Positions 11,127-25,074 are shown, counted from the first letter of the whole stretch. The stretch is 63,988 nt of DNA, filler included, from Octopus bimaculoides (GCF_001194135.2; 7 parts of 4 records of this genome joined end to end with filler, not necessarily neighbours in it), one strand, 5' to 3'. The notes: generated by a model from the letters alone, not told the origin. A program made the numbers and translations.

Positions 11127-11642
11127 AGCAAAAGAAAGAAGATTTGGTTAATGCCTAGGACAACGGACTAAAAGACAAGAGAGATGAGGTAGGTAAATAA
11201 ATAAATAAATAAATAAGTAAAGTCAAAGAAAGAACCAACAATAAATAAATAACAAAGAACAACAGCAAAAGACTAGCTTCAGTAAGAGAATAGGAATATC
11301 TCAGAACTAAAACATCATCTAAAAATGTTTATCTTCTCAGCAAAACGTTTAAGTTATAGCCACACCTGGTACCAACCAAAATAGATAATAGATATATAAA
11401 TAAAGAGATGGGATGGCAGGATTGGGCTGAGTTAATGTGGGAGAGAAAAAAAAAGGATACTAAATGGGTGGGGGTGTTGCTGAAAGGATTCAATGAGGCA
11501 AAAAAATGGATTGTTTTTATGGAAAAGATGGAAACAGAGACACACATATGTTGCATTGAAAAGTCTGCCAGGAGACAACTTCTAACAGGCACCTACCAAA
11601 ACATAATAACAGTCAATAGTGTTATTATTATTATTATAATTA

Positions 11643-11682
<40 letters not shown>

Positions 11683-11697
11683 CATTAGTAGTAGTAA

Positions 11698-11750
<53 letters not shown>

Positions 11751-12532
11751 ATAAGGTGATGAGCTGGCAGAATCGTTNNNNNNNNNNNNNNNNNNNNNNN
11801 NNNNNNNNNNNNNNNNNNNNNNNNNNNNNNNNNNNNNNNNNNNNNNNNNNNNNNNNNNNNNNNNNNNNNNNNNNNNNNNNNNNNNNNNNNNNNNNNNNNN
11901 NNNNNNNNNNNNNNNNNNNNNNNNNNNNNNNNNNNNNNNNNNNNNNNNNNNNNNNNNNNNNNNNNNNNNNNNNNNNNNNNNNNNNNNNNNNNNNNNNNNN
12001 NNNNNNNNNNNNNNNNNNNNNNNNNNNNNNNNNNNNNNNNNNNNNNNNNNNNNNNNNNNNNNNNNNNNNNNNNNNNNNNNNNNNNNNNNNNNNNNNNNNN
12101 NNNNNNNNNNNNNNNNNNNNNNNNNNNNNNNNNNNNNNNNNNNNNNNNNNNNNNNNNNNNNNNNNNNNNNNNNNNNNNNNNNNNNNNNNNNNNNNNNNNN
12201 NNNNNNNNNNNNNNNNNNNNNNNNNNNNNNNNNNNNNNNNNNNNNNNNNNNNNNNNNNNNNNNNNNNNNNNNNNNNNNNNNNNNNNNNNNNNNNNNNNNN
12301 NNNNNNNNNNNNNNNNNNNNNNNNNNNNNNNNNNNNNNNNNNNNNNNNNNNNNNNNNNNNNNNNNNNNNNNNNNNNNNNNNNNNNNNNNNNNNNNNNNNN
12401 NNNNNNNNNNNNNNNNNNNNNNNNNNNNNNNNNNNNNNNNNNNNNNNNNNNNNNNNNNNNNNNNNNNNNNNNNNNNNNNNNNNNNNNNNNNNNNNNNNNN
12501 NNNNNNNNNNNNNNNNNNNNNNNNNNNNNNNN

Positions 12533-12782
12533 ATGGATTTTTTTCAAGTTTTGCATCTTGAGAACGGCCAGAGAGTCTACTTCTCCGGTTCTAATCCTGT
12601 TCAGTTGGCACAAGAACCCAAGGACACCACACTCACTGCCTTCTTCAAACTATGCACCAATGACCCCTTCACCAAGACCCTCTTCTATCCCCAGGTTCCA
12701 TCATATTATATTTGGAAAAAGAAAACAGGCATTTGGGAATCAAGGACAACCAGTCAAGGGACAGCCGGACTTAAAATCTTCC
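12533..12782 (+). mobile_element. Helitron Rep/Hel coding fragment
   Basis: VLHLENGQRVYFSGSNPVQLAQEPKDTTLTAFFKLCTNDPFTKTLFYPQVPSYYIW, then after a frameshift QGQPVKGQPDLKSS; this is the conserved HLENGQRVYF/TTLTAFF block of Helitrons. Confidence 0.88.
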
Positions 12783-12794
12783 CCCCCCCCACCC

Positions 12795-12915
12795 GATAGG
12801 ATAAGGACTGGGCTTCCAAAGAATAAGTCCTGGGGGTCGATTTGTTCGACTAAAGGGCAGTGCTCCAGCATGGCCACAGTCAAAGTGACAGAAACAAGTA
12901 AAAGAATAAAAGAGC
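12795..12915 (+). mobile_element. SINE family C 3' tail
   Basis: AAGAATAAGTCCTGGGGGTCGATTTGTTCGACTAAAGG...GAAACAAGTAAAAGAATAAAAG. Confidence 0.85.
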
Positions 12916-12939
12916 AATGCAAGTACGAGAAAAGGATTA

Positions 12940-15339
12940 GTAAAACGCTGATGATCATCATCATCATGATCATCACCACAATCACCATCACCACCACCAT
13001 CACCACCATGATCATCATCATCACCACCATGATCATCATCATACACACACATGATGTAAGTCTCAGAGGTTTTAAAAACATGCATGAAGGGTATCTCATT
13101 AATAGGACACCTTACACCTTGTATACATACATATATACTTACACACACACATGTGTGTACAAACATACACACACACACACATATATATACATGTATATAT
13201 ATAGGTACATACATATACACACACACATGTGTACAAACATATATATACAAACAAACACACACACATATATATGTACATATATACATACATACACACACAT
13301 ATATGTACATATACACNNNNNNNNNNNNNNNNNNNNNNNNNNNNNNNNNNNNNNNNNNNNNNNNNNNNNNNNNNNNNNNNNNNNNNNNNNNNNNNNNNNN
13401 NNNNNNNNNNNNNNNNNNNNNNNNNNNNNNNNNNNNNNNNNNNNNNNNNNNNNNNNNNNNNNNNNNNNNNNNNNNNNNNNNNNNNNNNNNNNNNNNNNNN
13501 NNNNNNNNNNNNNNNNNNNNNNNNNNNNNNNNNNNNNNNNNNNNNNNNNNNNNNNNNNNNNNNNNNNNNNNNNNNNNNNNNNNNNNNNNNNNNNNNNNNN
13601 NNNNNNNNNNNNNNNNNNNNNNNNNNNNNNNNNNNNNNNNNNNNNNNNNNNNNNNNNNNNNNNNNNNNNNNNNNNNNNNNNNNNNNNNNNNNNNNNNNNN
13701 NNNNNNNNNNNNNNNNNNNNNNNNNNNNNNNNNNNNNNNNNNNNNNNNNNNNNNNNNNNNNNNNNNNNNNNNNNNNNNNNNNNNNNNNNNNNNNNNNNNN
13801 NNNNNNNNNNNNNNNNNNNNNNNNNNNNNNNNNNNNNNNNNNNNNNNNNNNNNNNNNNNNNNNNNNNNNNNNNNNNNNNNNNNNNNNNNNNNNNNNNNNN
13901 NNNNATGATGATGATGATGATGGTGGTGACAGCAGCAGCAGCGGTGGTGACACCAGTTGTGGTGGTGGTAGTGGTGTTGTTGGTGAAGGTGGTAAAGACA
14001 TTGATGATGATGGTGGTGGCAGCGGTGGGATGATGGTGATGGTGGTGGTGGTGATGATAAAGATTATGATGATGATGATAGTTATGGTGGTGATGGTATT
14101 GGTGTTGGGGTGGGGGTGGGGCGGCAGTGGTGACAGGATGACTATTGAAATGGTGACGGTTGTGATGATGATGATGAAGATGATGATGGTGGTAGTGGTG
14201 GTGGTGATTGTAGAGGTGATGATGCTGATGATGACAATGATGACAGCAATGATGATGATGATGATGACGATGACAACGAAGACAATGACGATGGAGGTAG
14301 GTGACGGGTGGAGGAGAGGGCACTGGAGCAATTAACCCAAGCTTCTCCCCTAACACTCCTTCCTTCCCCCCTCCTCCTCTTCCTCCTCTTCCTCCTCTTC
14401 AGCCTCCTTCCCCACCTCTTCCTCATCTTCTATTTCCAACTGTGGCCATAAATCAAGATAGGTGTTTAGGGAGCAGCAGATGTGTGTATGTGTGTATGTG
14501 TTTGTGTCTATCTGTGTATGTGTGTGTATGTGTATGTGTCTATCTGTGTATGTGTGTGTGTGTATGTATGTGTTTGTGTCTATCTGTGTATGTGTGTGTG
14601 TATGCATGTGTGTGTGTGTGTTTCTATGTAAGTATGCACTTAAAATGCAGTGGAATGCGCATTTATATGTGCATGTGTGTGTGTTTCTATCTATGTGTGC
14701 ATATAAGCTTGAGATGTTGCAGTGGTGTGCACTTGCATGTGTGCGTGCACATTTCTATGTATGTGTGTGAATGCTGTTGAATGGCTGTGAGTGCATGTAT
14801 GTGTGTATATGTGTGTATATGTGTGTATGTGTGTGTGGATGGTGGGGTGGTACTCGATGGGAGCGTTGGAGGGGTGGGTGCACAGAAGAGGAAGCTGGGA
14901 GTTGAGTAGGGTAGACACATGATGTCACATTGATAAACATCTGGGAAAAACTGGGTATTTGGTATTTGAAGGATGGGCCACGACAGGTGGTGGTGATGGT
15001 GGTGGTGGTGGTGGGGTATGGTGTTGTAGTGGTGAGTAGGTGGGTGGGGAGCTTTGATATACATATGTGTATGTGTGTGTGTGTGTGTGTGTGTGATTGG
15101 TAGGATGTTGAACAGGAAAGAGGTGGTGATATCTTAGATGATATCATTGGCTATATACTCTTTGTCATCATCGTCATCGTCGTCACCATCGTCATCGTCG
15201 TCATCATCATCGTCATCATCATCATTTTTACCATCATCATCATCATCATCAGCATCATTATCATCAATGCCACTACTAACACCGACAGCCATCACCACCA
15301 CTATGATGGTGACCACTACACCACCACCGCCGCCGCCGC

Positions 15340-15370
<31 letters not shown>

Positions 15371-15920
15371 GCAATCATCATCATTCATCATCATCATCAC
15401 CCCCACCACTACCACCACCAACACCACCACCACCATCATTGCCATCATCATCATCATTGCCATCATCATCATCATCATCATCACCATCATCCCTGCCATC
15501 GTCATTTATCACTGCTATTTATGTCAAATTCATATCATCATCATCACCATCATCATCATCATCGTCGTCATCCCCTAGATCTTTATAGTCATCAATTCTG
15601 CCATGATAAGTGTTTATTAGCAAAACTACCTTCACTGTCCATGATCACCATCATCATCATCGTCGTCGTTATCATCATTCTCCTCCTCTTCTCACCTCCT
15701 CGTCCTCTTCCTCATCACCATCCTCATCATCCCATTCGTGCAATAATCATTCTCTATATCAATACTACAATTACTCTTTATATCATCATCGATTACCACC
15801 ACCACCACCACTACTACTACTACTGCCGCTGCTAATAAAACTACAACCACAACCAACAACAACCATAACAACACAACCACCACCACCACCACCACAACTA
15901 CCACCATCAGCAGCAGCCCT
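12940..15920. repeat. Compound microsatellite field (CAT/GAT, CAC/GGT, CA/TA, TG) with N gaps
   Basis: Direct. Confidence 0.9.
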
Positions 15921-16130
15921 ACAATCATCCTCGCCTTCTCTACTACAGCTACAGCACCAGCAGGAAACACCAATACCTCAACCACATCAGCATTGAGACT
16001 GCCAGGATCATTCTTACTCGCATCAATGCAGGAAGTTTCTTCTTTAATTGTTTCATCAGTCTCCTTAGTCCCAGCATCAGTCAAATCATCTTCAATTAAT
16101 TTTCTGTTCGTTTCATTTAAATAGAAATGA

Positions 16131-16352
16131 TTTACATTATTTACATTTGACGGATATTTGTCCTCATCTTGTTTGTTGTTAACACAATGTTTCAGCTGGT
16201 ATACCTTCCAGCCTTCATCAGGTGTCTTGGGGAAATTTTGAACCTAGGTTCTCATTCCTAAGGTATTTTTCAATGTTATTATCATTATTGTTATTGTTAT
16301 TCAGGTCACTGCCTGGAATCGAACTCAGAATCTTGAGGTTAGCAGTCCGCAC
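16131..16352 (-). mobile_element. SINE family D (tRNA-like head, Penelope-like tail), 5'-truncated left arm
   Basis: Reverse complement of the adjacent + copy; B-box GAGTTCGATTCC; lacks the A-box segment. Confidence 0.85.
16181..16226 (-). ncRNA. Minimal type I hammerhead ribozyme motif (decayed: stem II G-U, ACAU for ACGU)
   Basis: GACAC-CUGAUGA-A-GGCUG(GAAGGUAUAC)CAGCU-GAAA-CA-UU-GUGUU on the minus strand. Confidence 0.6.
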
Positions 16353-16356
16353 CCAT

Positions 16357-16645
16357 GGGCATATAGCATAGTGGTTAAGAGTGAGGTCTACTAACCCCAA
16401 GATTCCGAGTTTGATTCCAGGCAGTGACCGGAATAATGACAACAACAACAACAACAACAACAACAATAATAACATTGAAAAATACCTTAGGAACGAGAAC
16501 CCAGGTTTGAAATTCCCCCAAGACACCTGAAGAAGGCTGGAGGGTACATCAGCCGAAATGTTGTGTTAACAACAAACAAGATGAGGACAAATATCCGTCA
16601 AATGTAAACAATGTACATAATTCCTCATCTCTTAAATATAGAACG
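16357..16645 (+). mobile_element. SINE family D, full-length right arm
   Basis: A-box TAGCATAGTGG, B-box GAGTTTGATTCC, internal (CAA)n, tail ...GACACCTGAAGAAGGCTGG...CCGAAATGTTGTGTTAACAACAAACAAGATGAGG. Confidence 0.85.
16522..16567 (+). ncRNA. Minimal type I hammerhead ribozyme motif (AUGU for ACGU)
   Basis: GACAC-CUGAAGA-A-GGCUG(GAGGGUACAU)CAGCC-GAAA-UG-UU-GUGUU. Confidence 0.62.
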
Positions 16646-16699
16646 GTAATCATGAAGTTTAAATCATAAAAATTAAGATCAATATACTACTAGGCTCAC

Positions 16700-16795
16700 A
16701 AAGAATATGTCCTGGGGTCGATTTGTTCGACTAAAGGCAGTGCTCCAGCATGGCTGCAGTCAAATGACTGAAACAAGTAAAAGAATAAAAGTATA
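16700..16795 (+). mobile_element. SINE family C 3' tail
   Basis: GTCCTGGGGTCGATTTGTTCGACTAAAGGCAGTGCTCCAGCATGG...AAAAGAATAAAAG. Confidence 0.85.
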
Positions 16796-17636
16796 TATAN
16801 NNNNNNNNNNNNNNNNNNNNNNNNNNNNNNNNNNNNNNNNNGCACACATACATAAATACACATACACTCTCACATACATATACACTCACACACACACATA
16901 CACACATACATAGACATAGACACACATACACTCTCACATGCATATGCACTCACACATATATACACAAACACATACACACGTGCATAAATGCACATAGGCA
17001 CAAACGCACACGCATACATGCACACGTAGAAATACACACACACACACGCACACATATGCACACACACACACAAACATGCATACGCACACACATAAGCATA
17101 AATACACACACACACAAATACACTTACACATGCATACACACACATAACCATAAACACACACACACACAAATAGACATGCACATGCATACACACACAAACC
17201 CGCTTCATACACACGCATAAGCATAAACACACTCATACAAGCATAAACATGCACACACACACACACACACACACACAAATACACACACACGCAGACACAC
17301 ACAAACACACACACACACGCAGACACAAACACACAAATACACACACGCACAGAGAAGCAAAAGTGCAACTCCACCATGATGCTCTGATGCACCTTTGACA
17401 GTTAAATGGTAAAAATTGATTCCCACACAGTAGAGATGGCGCTGCTGTGACAATGGGAACCAAAATGTCCTGCTCTCTGCTGACAGACAGCTGTTCAAAG
17501 ATTTCAGCTAAGAAAACAATCAGCCAACAAACATTGACATAGTTAATGGCCTAAATCTCATACTTGGTTTCTTTGCAGCTTTTGTTGTTGCTCTTGATTT
17601 ATCTACCAGTCTATCTATCTGCCTGTCTGTCTGCCT

Positions 17637-17736
17637 NNNNNNNNNNNNNNNNNNNNNNNNNNNNNNNNNNNNNNNNNNNNTTAATTAATTAANNNNNNNN
17701 NNNNNNNNNNNNNNNNNNNNNNNNNNNNNNNNNNNN
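17637..17736. other. Artificial scaffold spacer (44 N + TTAATTAATTAA + 44 N); also at 24453-24552, 42760-42859, 50619-50718, 57797-57896 and 62038-62137
   Basis: Direct: six identical 100-bp spacers; the 12-mer puts a stop codon in all six frames. Confidence 0.97.
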
Positions 17737-17823
<87 letters not shown>

Positions 17824-18379
17824 AATACATACATACATGCGTTTTTGCAAATATATATATGCATACACACAATCAAATTCAATTTGCTTTCGCACTGAAA
17901 CAAAAAAACGGGGGAAAAAAACAAAAACAAACCCTGGAAAACATTTTCTAATTTCGGAGAAATTGTTGCCAACAAATAAAACAAAAGTAACTACGACGAA
18001 AACAACACCGTACTATAATCATCATATTCAACACCATCACCACCGACACCACTATCATCGTTATCATCACCATCTTTTTTGTCGTCTTCATAATCATCAT
18101 CACCATCATCACCATCATCACCATCATCCTCACCAGCATCGTCATTGTCGTAGTCGTAGTTGTGATCATTATTATCAACAACGACATTGACATCATTATC
18201 AACAGCAGCACAAACATCAACAACTATGAGCAGAATACAACACAAACAATTTAAAATCTCCGCCTTACCATCTAATCAAATCTAACACTACTACTAGAAC
18301 CCACAACGCCACCACTACCTACACCGGTAGCATCGGCAGCAGAAGAGCTTATGATTATTTATGTCAAGCCATATTTCAT

Positions 18380-18900
18380 GACACCATATATCTTATGACG
18401 TCTTACAGGAAATGATAACGTCCATATTATAACCCATGTCTTATGATGCCTTATATGTTATGCGTTCTTATTTAATCTTATGACATATCCTAGGGTAAAC
18501 TCAAAAATATGTTGTCATATCTTGCGATAAAAACAATCTTATGTAACTTATATATTATGTTATATCTTATGATGTCTTACATCACGTCATTGCTTGTTAC
18601 TTATGTTATGATGTCACATATCTTACGATATCACATATGCATGCCATGTGTTAAGATATATATATATATATANNNNNNNNNNNNNNNNNNNNNNNNNNNN
18701 NNNNNNNNNNNNNNNNATATATATAATATTTTTTTTTGTTTTATGATAGCTTACATTTTATCAAAGACTATGTGTCTCATATCTCATCATAATTCATATA
18801 TTATGATAATCTATATTTTATGACAGCTTATATCTTATGATGTCTTCTAGCGCCCGATAATCGTTATCTTATGACCACACAGGTATTCTAGTGTATCATG
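18380..18900. repeat. Degenerate array of TCTTATGA motifs
   Basis: Direct: TCTTATGA(C/T) recurs about 7-8 times at irregular spacing. Confidence 0.55.
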
Positions 18901-20299
18901 AAATCTTATATCTCATTATCTCGCACATCTTATCAAAACCCATGTGTTATGTATATCTTTCGTTTTACAATGCTTTTTGTTTCCATGGTTATGTTGTAGC
19001 CGTTTGTTGAGTTATGCTGAGTTATATGTGTGTGTGTATGTGTATATGTGTGCGTGTATGTGTGTATGAGTGTGTGTGTATATATGTGGAGAGAGAGAGA
19101 GCGAGAGAGAAAGAGAGAGAGAGAAGGAGTGTGCATGAAGTGCTGTTTCTGGTTAAATTTACATGATCCATCCTAATCAATGACTGTCGAACAAACAAGT
19201 GAGACTCTATGCGGTCAACAGAACTACTGCTAGAAAGTGCAGCTAAATTTTCTTCAAATCCGGCTATATTGTCTAGAATAAAAAATGTTTATTAGATCAT
19301 ATGATTTTGGATTTCCTGGAAATTATTTAAGGTAAGATGGTCACAACTGCAATTGTTTTCATCATAGGCCAACTCTATCAAATCTGATCAGTGTCAAAGA
19401 ATAACAGCGCGTGAGAAATCCTCTATGCAATTGTTTGAACATCTAGAAATACAAGCCAAGTCTTCATATCACATTAATTCGCCTTATATAGAGGTAAGTA
19501 AGCTATATTGGCTAATGTAAGTTATATTGACTTATATTGTGTACGTATACAAAAAAGGCAAGACTGGCATAACCGGAACTCATTTTGTCAATCGTCTGCC
19601 GATGGTTGTTTTGTAGTGCTGGTAATAATTTTACAGTGAATTTGTGGGGTTCGAATACGTTACTATACGATGGTGGAAGGAAACAGAAGATAGCTTTGTT
19701 TCAAGACTAGCACACTACGTTTGTGAGTCGCGTAAATGTTTTCCATTCTGACTCTGACGAAAAATCAATATCAAAACGTTATCACTCCTCATCTTTTCTA
19801 TCTGCAACGGTTTTCGAACTTCCTCAAACTCATAGACAACCAAACAGCCAGTTTTCGTGGAAGATTTAATCCATTTGCACAACACTTGGCTGTCTTAAAT
19901 AGCAACCTTTTCGTAACAGGCATTCGGGTCAAGTTTTGTTCCGCCTCTGGATTTATACACAGCTTTCTACCAATAGTCAACTCTGAGATAAAGTCCTTTA
20001 TTTCCTCCACCAAATTCTCCATCCTTCTATCAAACTCGAAATGGAGTTCATGAAAGAGAGTTAGTCTGCATGAACAAAGAATTCCCACCCCATCAAAGTA
20101 ACTAATGGAATGAATCAATTGATAAGATAGCCTCTACACGGCTGTCCGATCTGCTATAGATAACGACCAAAACTTTCATCCATATCTAAAGCCGTATCAC
20201 TTAACTCAAGTAAACAATATATTAAATAATGTCGTACCTGAAGAACTTACAATGCCACGAAAGGAATACTTCTAAATAGTGACCACAAAATTGCATTGA

Positions 20300-20892
20300 T
20301 CTACCCACATCCCCATCGCCGTCGTCGTTCTCCTCCTCCACCTCTTCTACTCCTCTTCCAGCCATGCCTTCTCCGCATCACCATCATCACCACCACAACC
20401 TACAACATCATCAACCTCATCGTCAACATCATCTCAACCATGATCAAAATCATCCTCATCATATTATCATCACCGTCGTCATCATCATTCACCGTCGACG
20501 TCGTCGTCGTCGTCATCATGGTCGTCATCATCATAATCATCATCATCCAACGTCCTCGTCGTCGTTGTTGTCCCCCTCATCAACATCATCAGCATTCATC
20601 GTCATTAATCGTGCTCGACATTCTTCTTCTTCTTCTTCTTCTTCTCCTCCTCCTCTTCCTCTTCCTCCTCCTCCACCCCATCCCCTCCTCTTCCTCCTCC
20701 TCCTCCTCCTCATCGTCACCATCGTCGTCGTTGTCGTCGTCGTCGTCAACATCATCATCATCATCATCATCAACATCATCATAATCATCATCGTCGTCCT
20801 CGTCGTCGTCATCATCATCATCATCCTCATCATCATCATCATCATCGTCGTCGTCGTCATCATCATCATCATCATCATCATCGTCGTCGTCG

Positions 20893-20936
<44 letters not shown>

Positions 20937-21000
20937 GTCGTCGTCGTCATCATCATCATCATCATCATCATCAACATCACCACTAAAAAACAACAATATT
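20300..21000. repeat. (CAT/CGT/CCT)n compound microsatellite
   Basis: Direct. Confidence 0.93.
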
Positions 21001-21338
21001 AACAACAGCAATCAAACTAACCAATTTCACATCACCAGTAATTACACAATCTACACACGCAAAGTTTTGGATTTCATATTAATATCTTTCTGCTGCTGCC
21101 TCTGCTGATGGTGCTGTCGCTACCACTTCTAATGCTACTGTTGCCCCTGTTGCTACTGTTGTTGCTCTACGTTATTTATTTATTTTTTTTTTTTCAAAGT
21201 CTCGGAAAATAAACAATTTTTGAAACAGTTTTAAACGATATATATTTTTTTTTAAACAAACGATTGTTATGTGAGAAATTACTTCTTTGTGTGAGATATC
21301 TACGTAAGTACGCAATGCATACACACAAACACACACAT

Positions 21339-21371
<33 letters not shown>

Positions 21372-22420
21372 TATATATGTGTGTGTGTATGCGTGTGTAT
21401 GTGCAGATATGTATGGGTATATGCGTCTATATCTGTTTCATTGTAAGTATGCATAACAAATATGAGCACATAGATGTGTATACGTTCATATATGTTTGTG
21501 CATGTCTGTATGTATGCTTGCTGATACATATACACACGCATATGCTTGAGTGTATGCGCACGCGCAAATTATATATATACGTATATATATTTTAAATATA
21601 TGACTATATATTTTATATATGCATATATGTATATATATATTATATATATATATATATNNNNNNNNNNNNNNNNNNNNNNNNNNNNNNNNNNNNNNNNNNN
21701 NNNNNNNNNNNNNNNNNNNNNNNNNNNNNNNNNNNNNNNNNNNNNNNNNNNNNNNNNNNNNNNNNNNNNNNNNNNNNNNNNNNNNNNNNNNNNNNNNNNN
21801 NNNNNNNNNNNNNNNNNNNNNNNNNNNNNNNNNNNNNNNNNNNNNNNNNNNNNNNNNNNNNNNNNNNNNNNNNNNNNNNNNNNNNNNNNNNNNNNNNNNN
21901 NNNNNNNNNNNNNNNNNNNNNNNNNNNNNNNNNNNNNNNNNNNNNNNNNNNNNNNNNNNNNNNNNNNNNNNNNNNNNNNNNNNNNNNNNNNNNNNNNNNN
22001 NNNNNNNNNNNNNNNNNNNNNNNNNNNNNNNNNNNNNNNNNNNNNNNNNNNNNNNNNNNNNNNNNNNNNNNNNNNNNNNNNNNNNNNNNNNNNNNNNNNN
22101 NNNNNNNNNNNNNNNNNNNNNNNNNNNNNNNNNNNNNNNNNNNNNNNNNNNNNNNNNNNNNNNNNNNNNNNNNNNNNNNNNNNNNNNNNNNNNNNNNNNN
22201 NNNNNNNNNNNNNNNNNNNNNNNNNNNNNNNNNNNNNNNNNNNNNNNNNNNNNNNNNNNNNNNNNNNNNNNNNNNNNNNNNNNNNNNNNNNNNNNNNNNN
22301 NNNNNNNNNNNNNNNNNNNNNNNNNNNNNNNNNNNNNNNNNNNNNNNNNNNNNNNNNNNNNNNNNNNNNNNNNNNNNNNNNNNNNNNNNNNNNNNNNNNN
22401 NNNNNNNNNNNNNNNNNNNN

Positions 22421-22451
<31 letters not shown>

Positions 22452-22771
22452 ATATATATAGTATATATACACATGTTTGTATTATGTACCCATGTATACA
22501 TAGATGTATATATACATACAAACACGCAAACACCCGGACACTCACACATAAACATATATATGTGTATAAATACATATACGTACACTTAGATAGATATAAA
22601 CTTACATATATACACACACAGACACCCACACAGACATATATGTATTATATATATAACACGTATTATATATATTCGTGTCTATAAGCATACAAATATATAT
22701 CATGCGCGTAATTCACACCTAAACACATATATTTAATAAATACCCTTTCTTACTCACACATATCGTCTCTG

Positions 22772-22842
<71 letters not shown>

Positions 22843-22856
22843 TACGCACGCACACA

Positions 22857-22896
<40 letters not shown>

Positions 22897-24552
22897 TATA
22901 CAAATAGCTTGTTTCACTTTGTGAAAAATATACAACTGTGTTATAACATACAATATAATATAATATAGCCGCCATAGAAGATAACTGTCCAGAAAGTATT
23001 TTAAAAATAGAATAAAAAATATACAATAAGTATAAAAAACAACAGCGTAATTGAAAGAAAATATAAACGTTTACTTCGATATTTATTTTTGTAAATAAAT
23101 CGACTGGGAAACATAATACAAATATGATAGGAAAACCTAATTATATCGCAGTTATTGTTATTGTTATTTTCGTCAAAGTGAGAAATATGTCTTTGAGTCC
23201 GGGGGTATGGGTATGGCTATAATCGGTCAGTGTATGCATCTCGCACACGCGCACAAGGAGACAGACGCTGCTTCGTTCTACGATGCATTCGTTTTACTTT
23301 CTTTCAAAATTTCTGCGAGATTTAGTACTTTTTCTCTGTAAAAATTGCGCGTATAAACAACTGAGATATATGTATATAAAATGCGATCGCCTTGTGTATA
23401 TATATATATATATATNNNNNNNNNNNNNNNNNNNNNNNNNNNNNNNNNNNNNNNNNNNNNNNNNNNNNNNNNNNNNNNNNNNNNNNNNNNNNNNNNNNNN
23501 NNNNNNNNNNNNNNNNNNNNNNNNNNNNNNNNNNNNNNNNNNNNNNNNNNNNNNNNNNNNNNNNNNNNNNNNNNNNNNNNNNNNNNNNNNNNNNNNNNNN
23601 NNNNNNNNNNNNNNNNNNNNNNNNNNNNNNNNNNNNNNNNNNNNNNNNNNNNNNNNNNNNNNNNNNNNNNNNNNNNNNNNNNNNNNNNNNNNNNNNNNNN
23701 NNNNNNNNNNNNNNNNNNNNNNNNNNNNNNNNNNNNNNNNNNNNNNNNNNNNNNNNNNNNNNNNNNNNNNNTATATATATATATTTATATATATATATAT
23801 ATATATATACATAAATTGCAATTTCTGGCTGGCTGTCACCATCTTAGTGCCTAAACCATGGAACCAATATTCACGAAACTTTGCATACATGTTACATTAA
23901 CATCCAATTCAATAACAGGTTAATTGGATTTCAATTAAAATCACCAGAGGTATTGGACGAATTATATGATAAAATGAGAAGGCTGCAAAAAGTATTTGTG
24001 TGAGGGAAAGGTAGTAGCAGAGGGAGGGTGAGTTATATCAGTGAAGGTGAGAACAGCGGTGGCAATGGAATACTAATGTTACTACAGCTGTCATATGCAG
24101 GCAACGCTGCATACCTACTTTCGTAAATACATAGATACAACACACACACACACATACACACACACTAACACACACAGAGAAAAAGGGGGGGCGAGGAGCA
24201 CGTAGATTTAAGAAGATTAGTGGTAGGTGGCCTTTCTGCTGTCCATTGCAAAGAAACACTCACACACAGACGCACACACATATACATTGACAACAACAAC
24301 AACAACGACAAAGACAACAACAACAACAGCAACAACAACGACAACGACACAAATGTCCTTGCTAACACGACCACTGTCCTCACCACTGCTACTACCAGTG
24401 ACAATAACAACAGCAACAACAACAGGACACCGACCTTCAACACCAACACCACNNNNNNNNNNNNNNNNNNNNNNNNNNNNNNNNNNNNNNNNNNNNTTAA
24501 TTAATTAANNNNNNNNNNNNNNNNNNNNNNNNNNNNNNNNNNNNNNNNNNNN

Positions 24553-24826
24553 GACCAGGCTCCCGTGGTTTTATGGGTTTTTTCCACGTGTAACCTTTCC
24601 TTTTTCGAAGCGCCACCCCCCTATTTATTTATTTATTTATTTATCTATTTATTTATTTATTTATTTATTATATCTTTCTCCGTTTTCTTCCTCTGTTTAG
24701 ACGAACTTTCCTACCTTTTCGGACAAAACCTTTTGTAACCTTCGTCCTGTCTTTGTCCTTACATGTTTTTAATTGATATTAGCCCTTGTGGCCAATAAAA
24801 CGAATTAATTAATTATTATTATTATT
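24553..24826 (+). mobile_element. 3' UTR of Tx1/L1-clade LINE (same family as 39888-41020)
   Basis: Near-identical to 40758-41020, including the (TTTA)n block and the GTGGCCAATAAAACGAATTAATT end with an (ATT)n tail. Confidence 0.85.
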
Positions 24827-24828
24827 AA

Positions 24829-25040
24829 GGCGGCGAGCTAGCTCAGTCGTTAGCACACCGGGGAAAATGTTTAGCGGCTTTTCGTCCATCTTTACATTCG
24901 CAGTTCAAGTTCCAGTGAGGTCGACTTTGTCATTCATCCTTTCAGGGTCGATAAATTAAGTACCAGTGAAACACTGGAGTCCATGTAATCGACTAGTCTC
25001 CTCCCACCAAATTTCAGGCCTTGTAGAAAGGATTATTTCA
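24829..25040 (+). mobile_element. SINE family A
   Basis: GGCGGCGAGCTAGC..AGTCGTTAGCACACCGGG head and family tail ending AGAAAGGATTATT. Confidence 0.85.
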
Positions 25041-25074
25041 GGCCTAGTAGAAAGGATTATCATTATTATTATTA

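Noticed and set aside
17681-17692. TTAATTAATTAA as a biological motif
   Set aside because: Always centred in exactly 44+44 Ns; an assembly linker.
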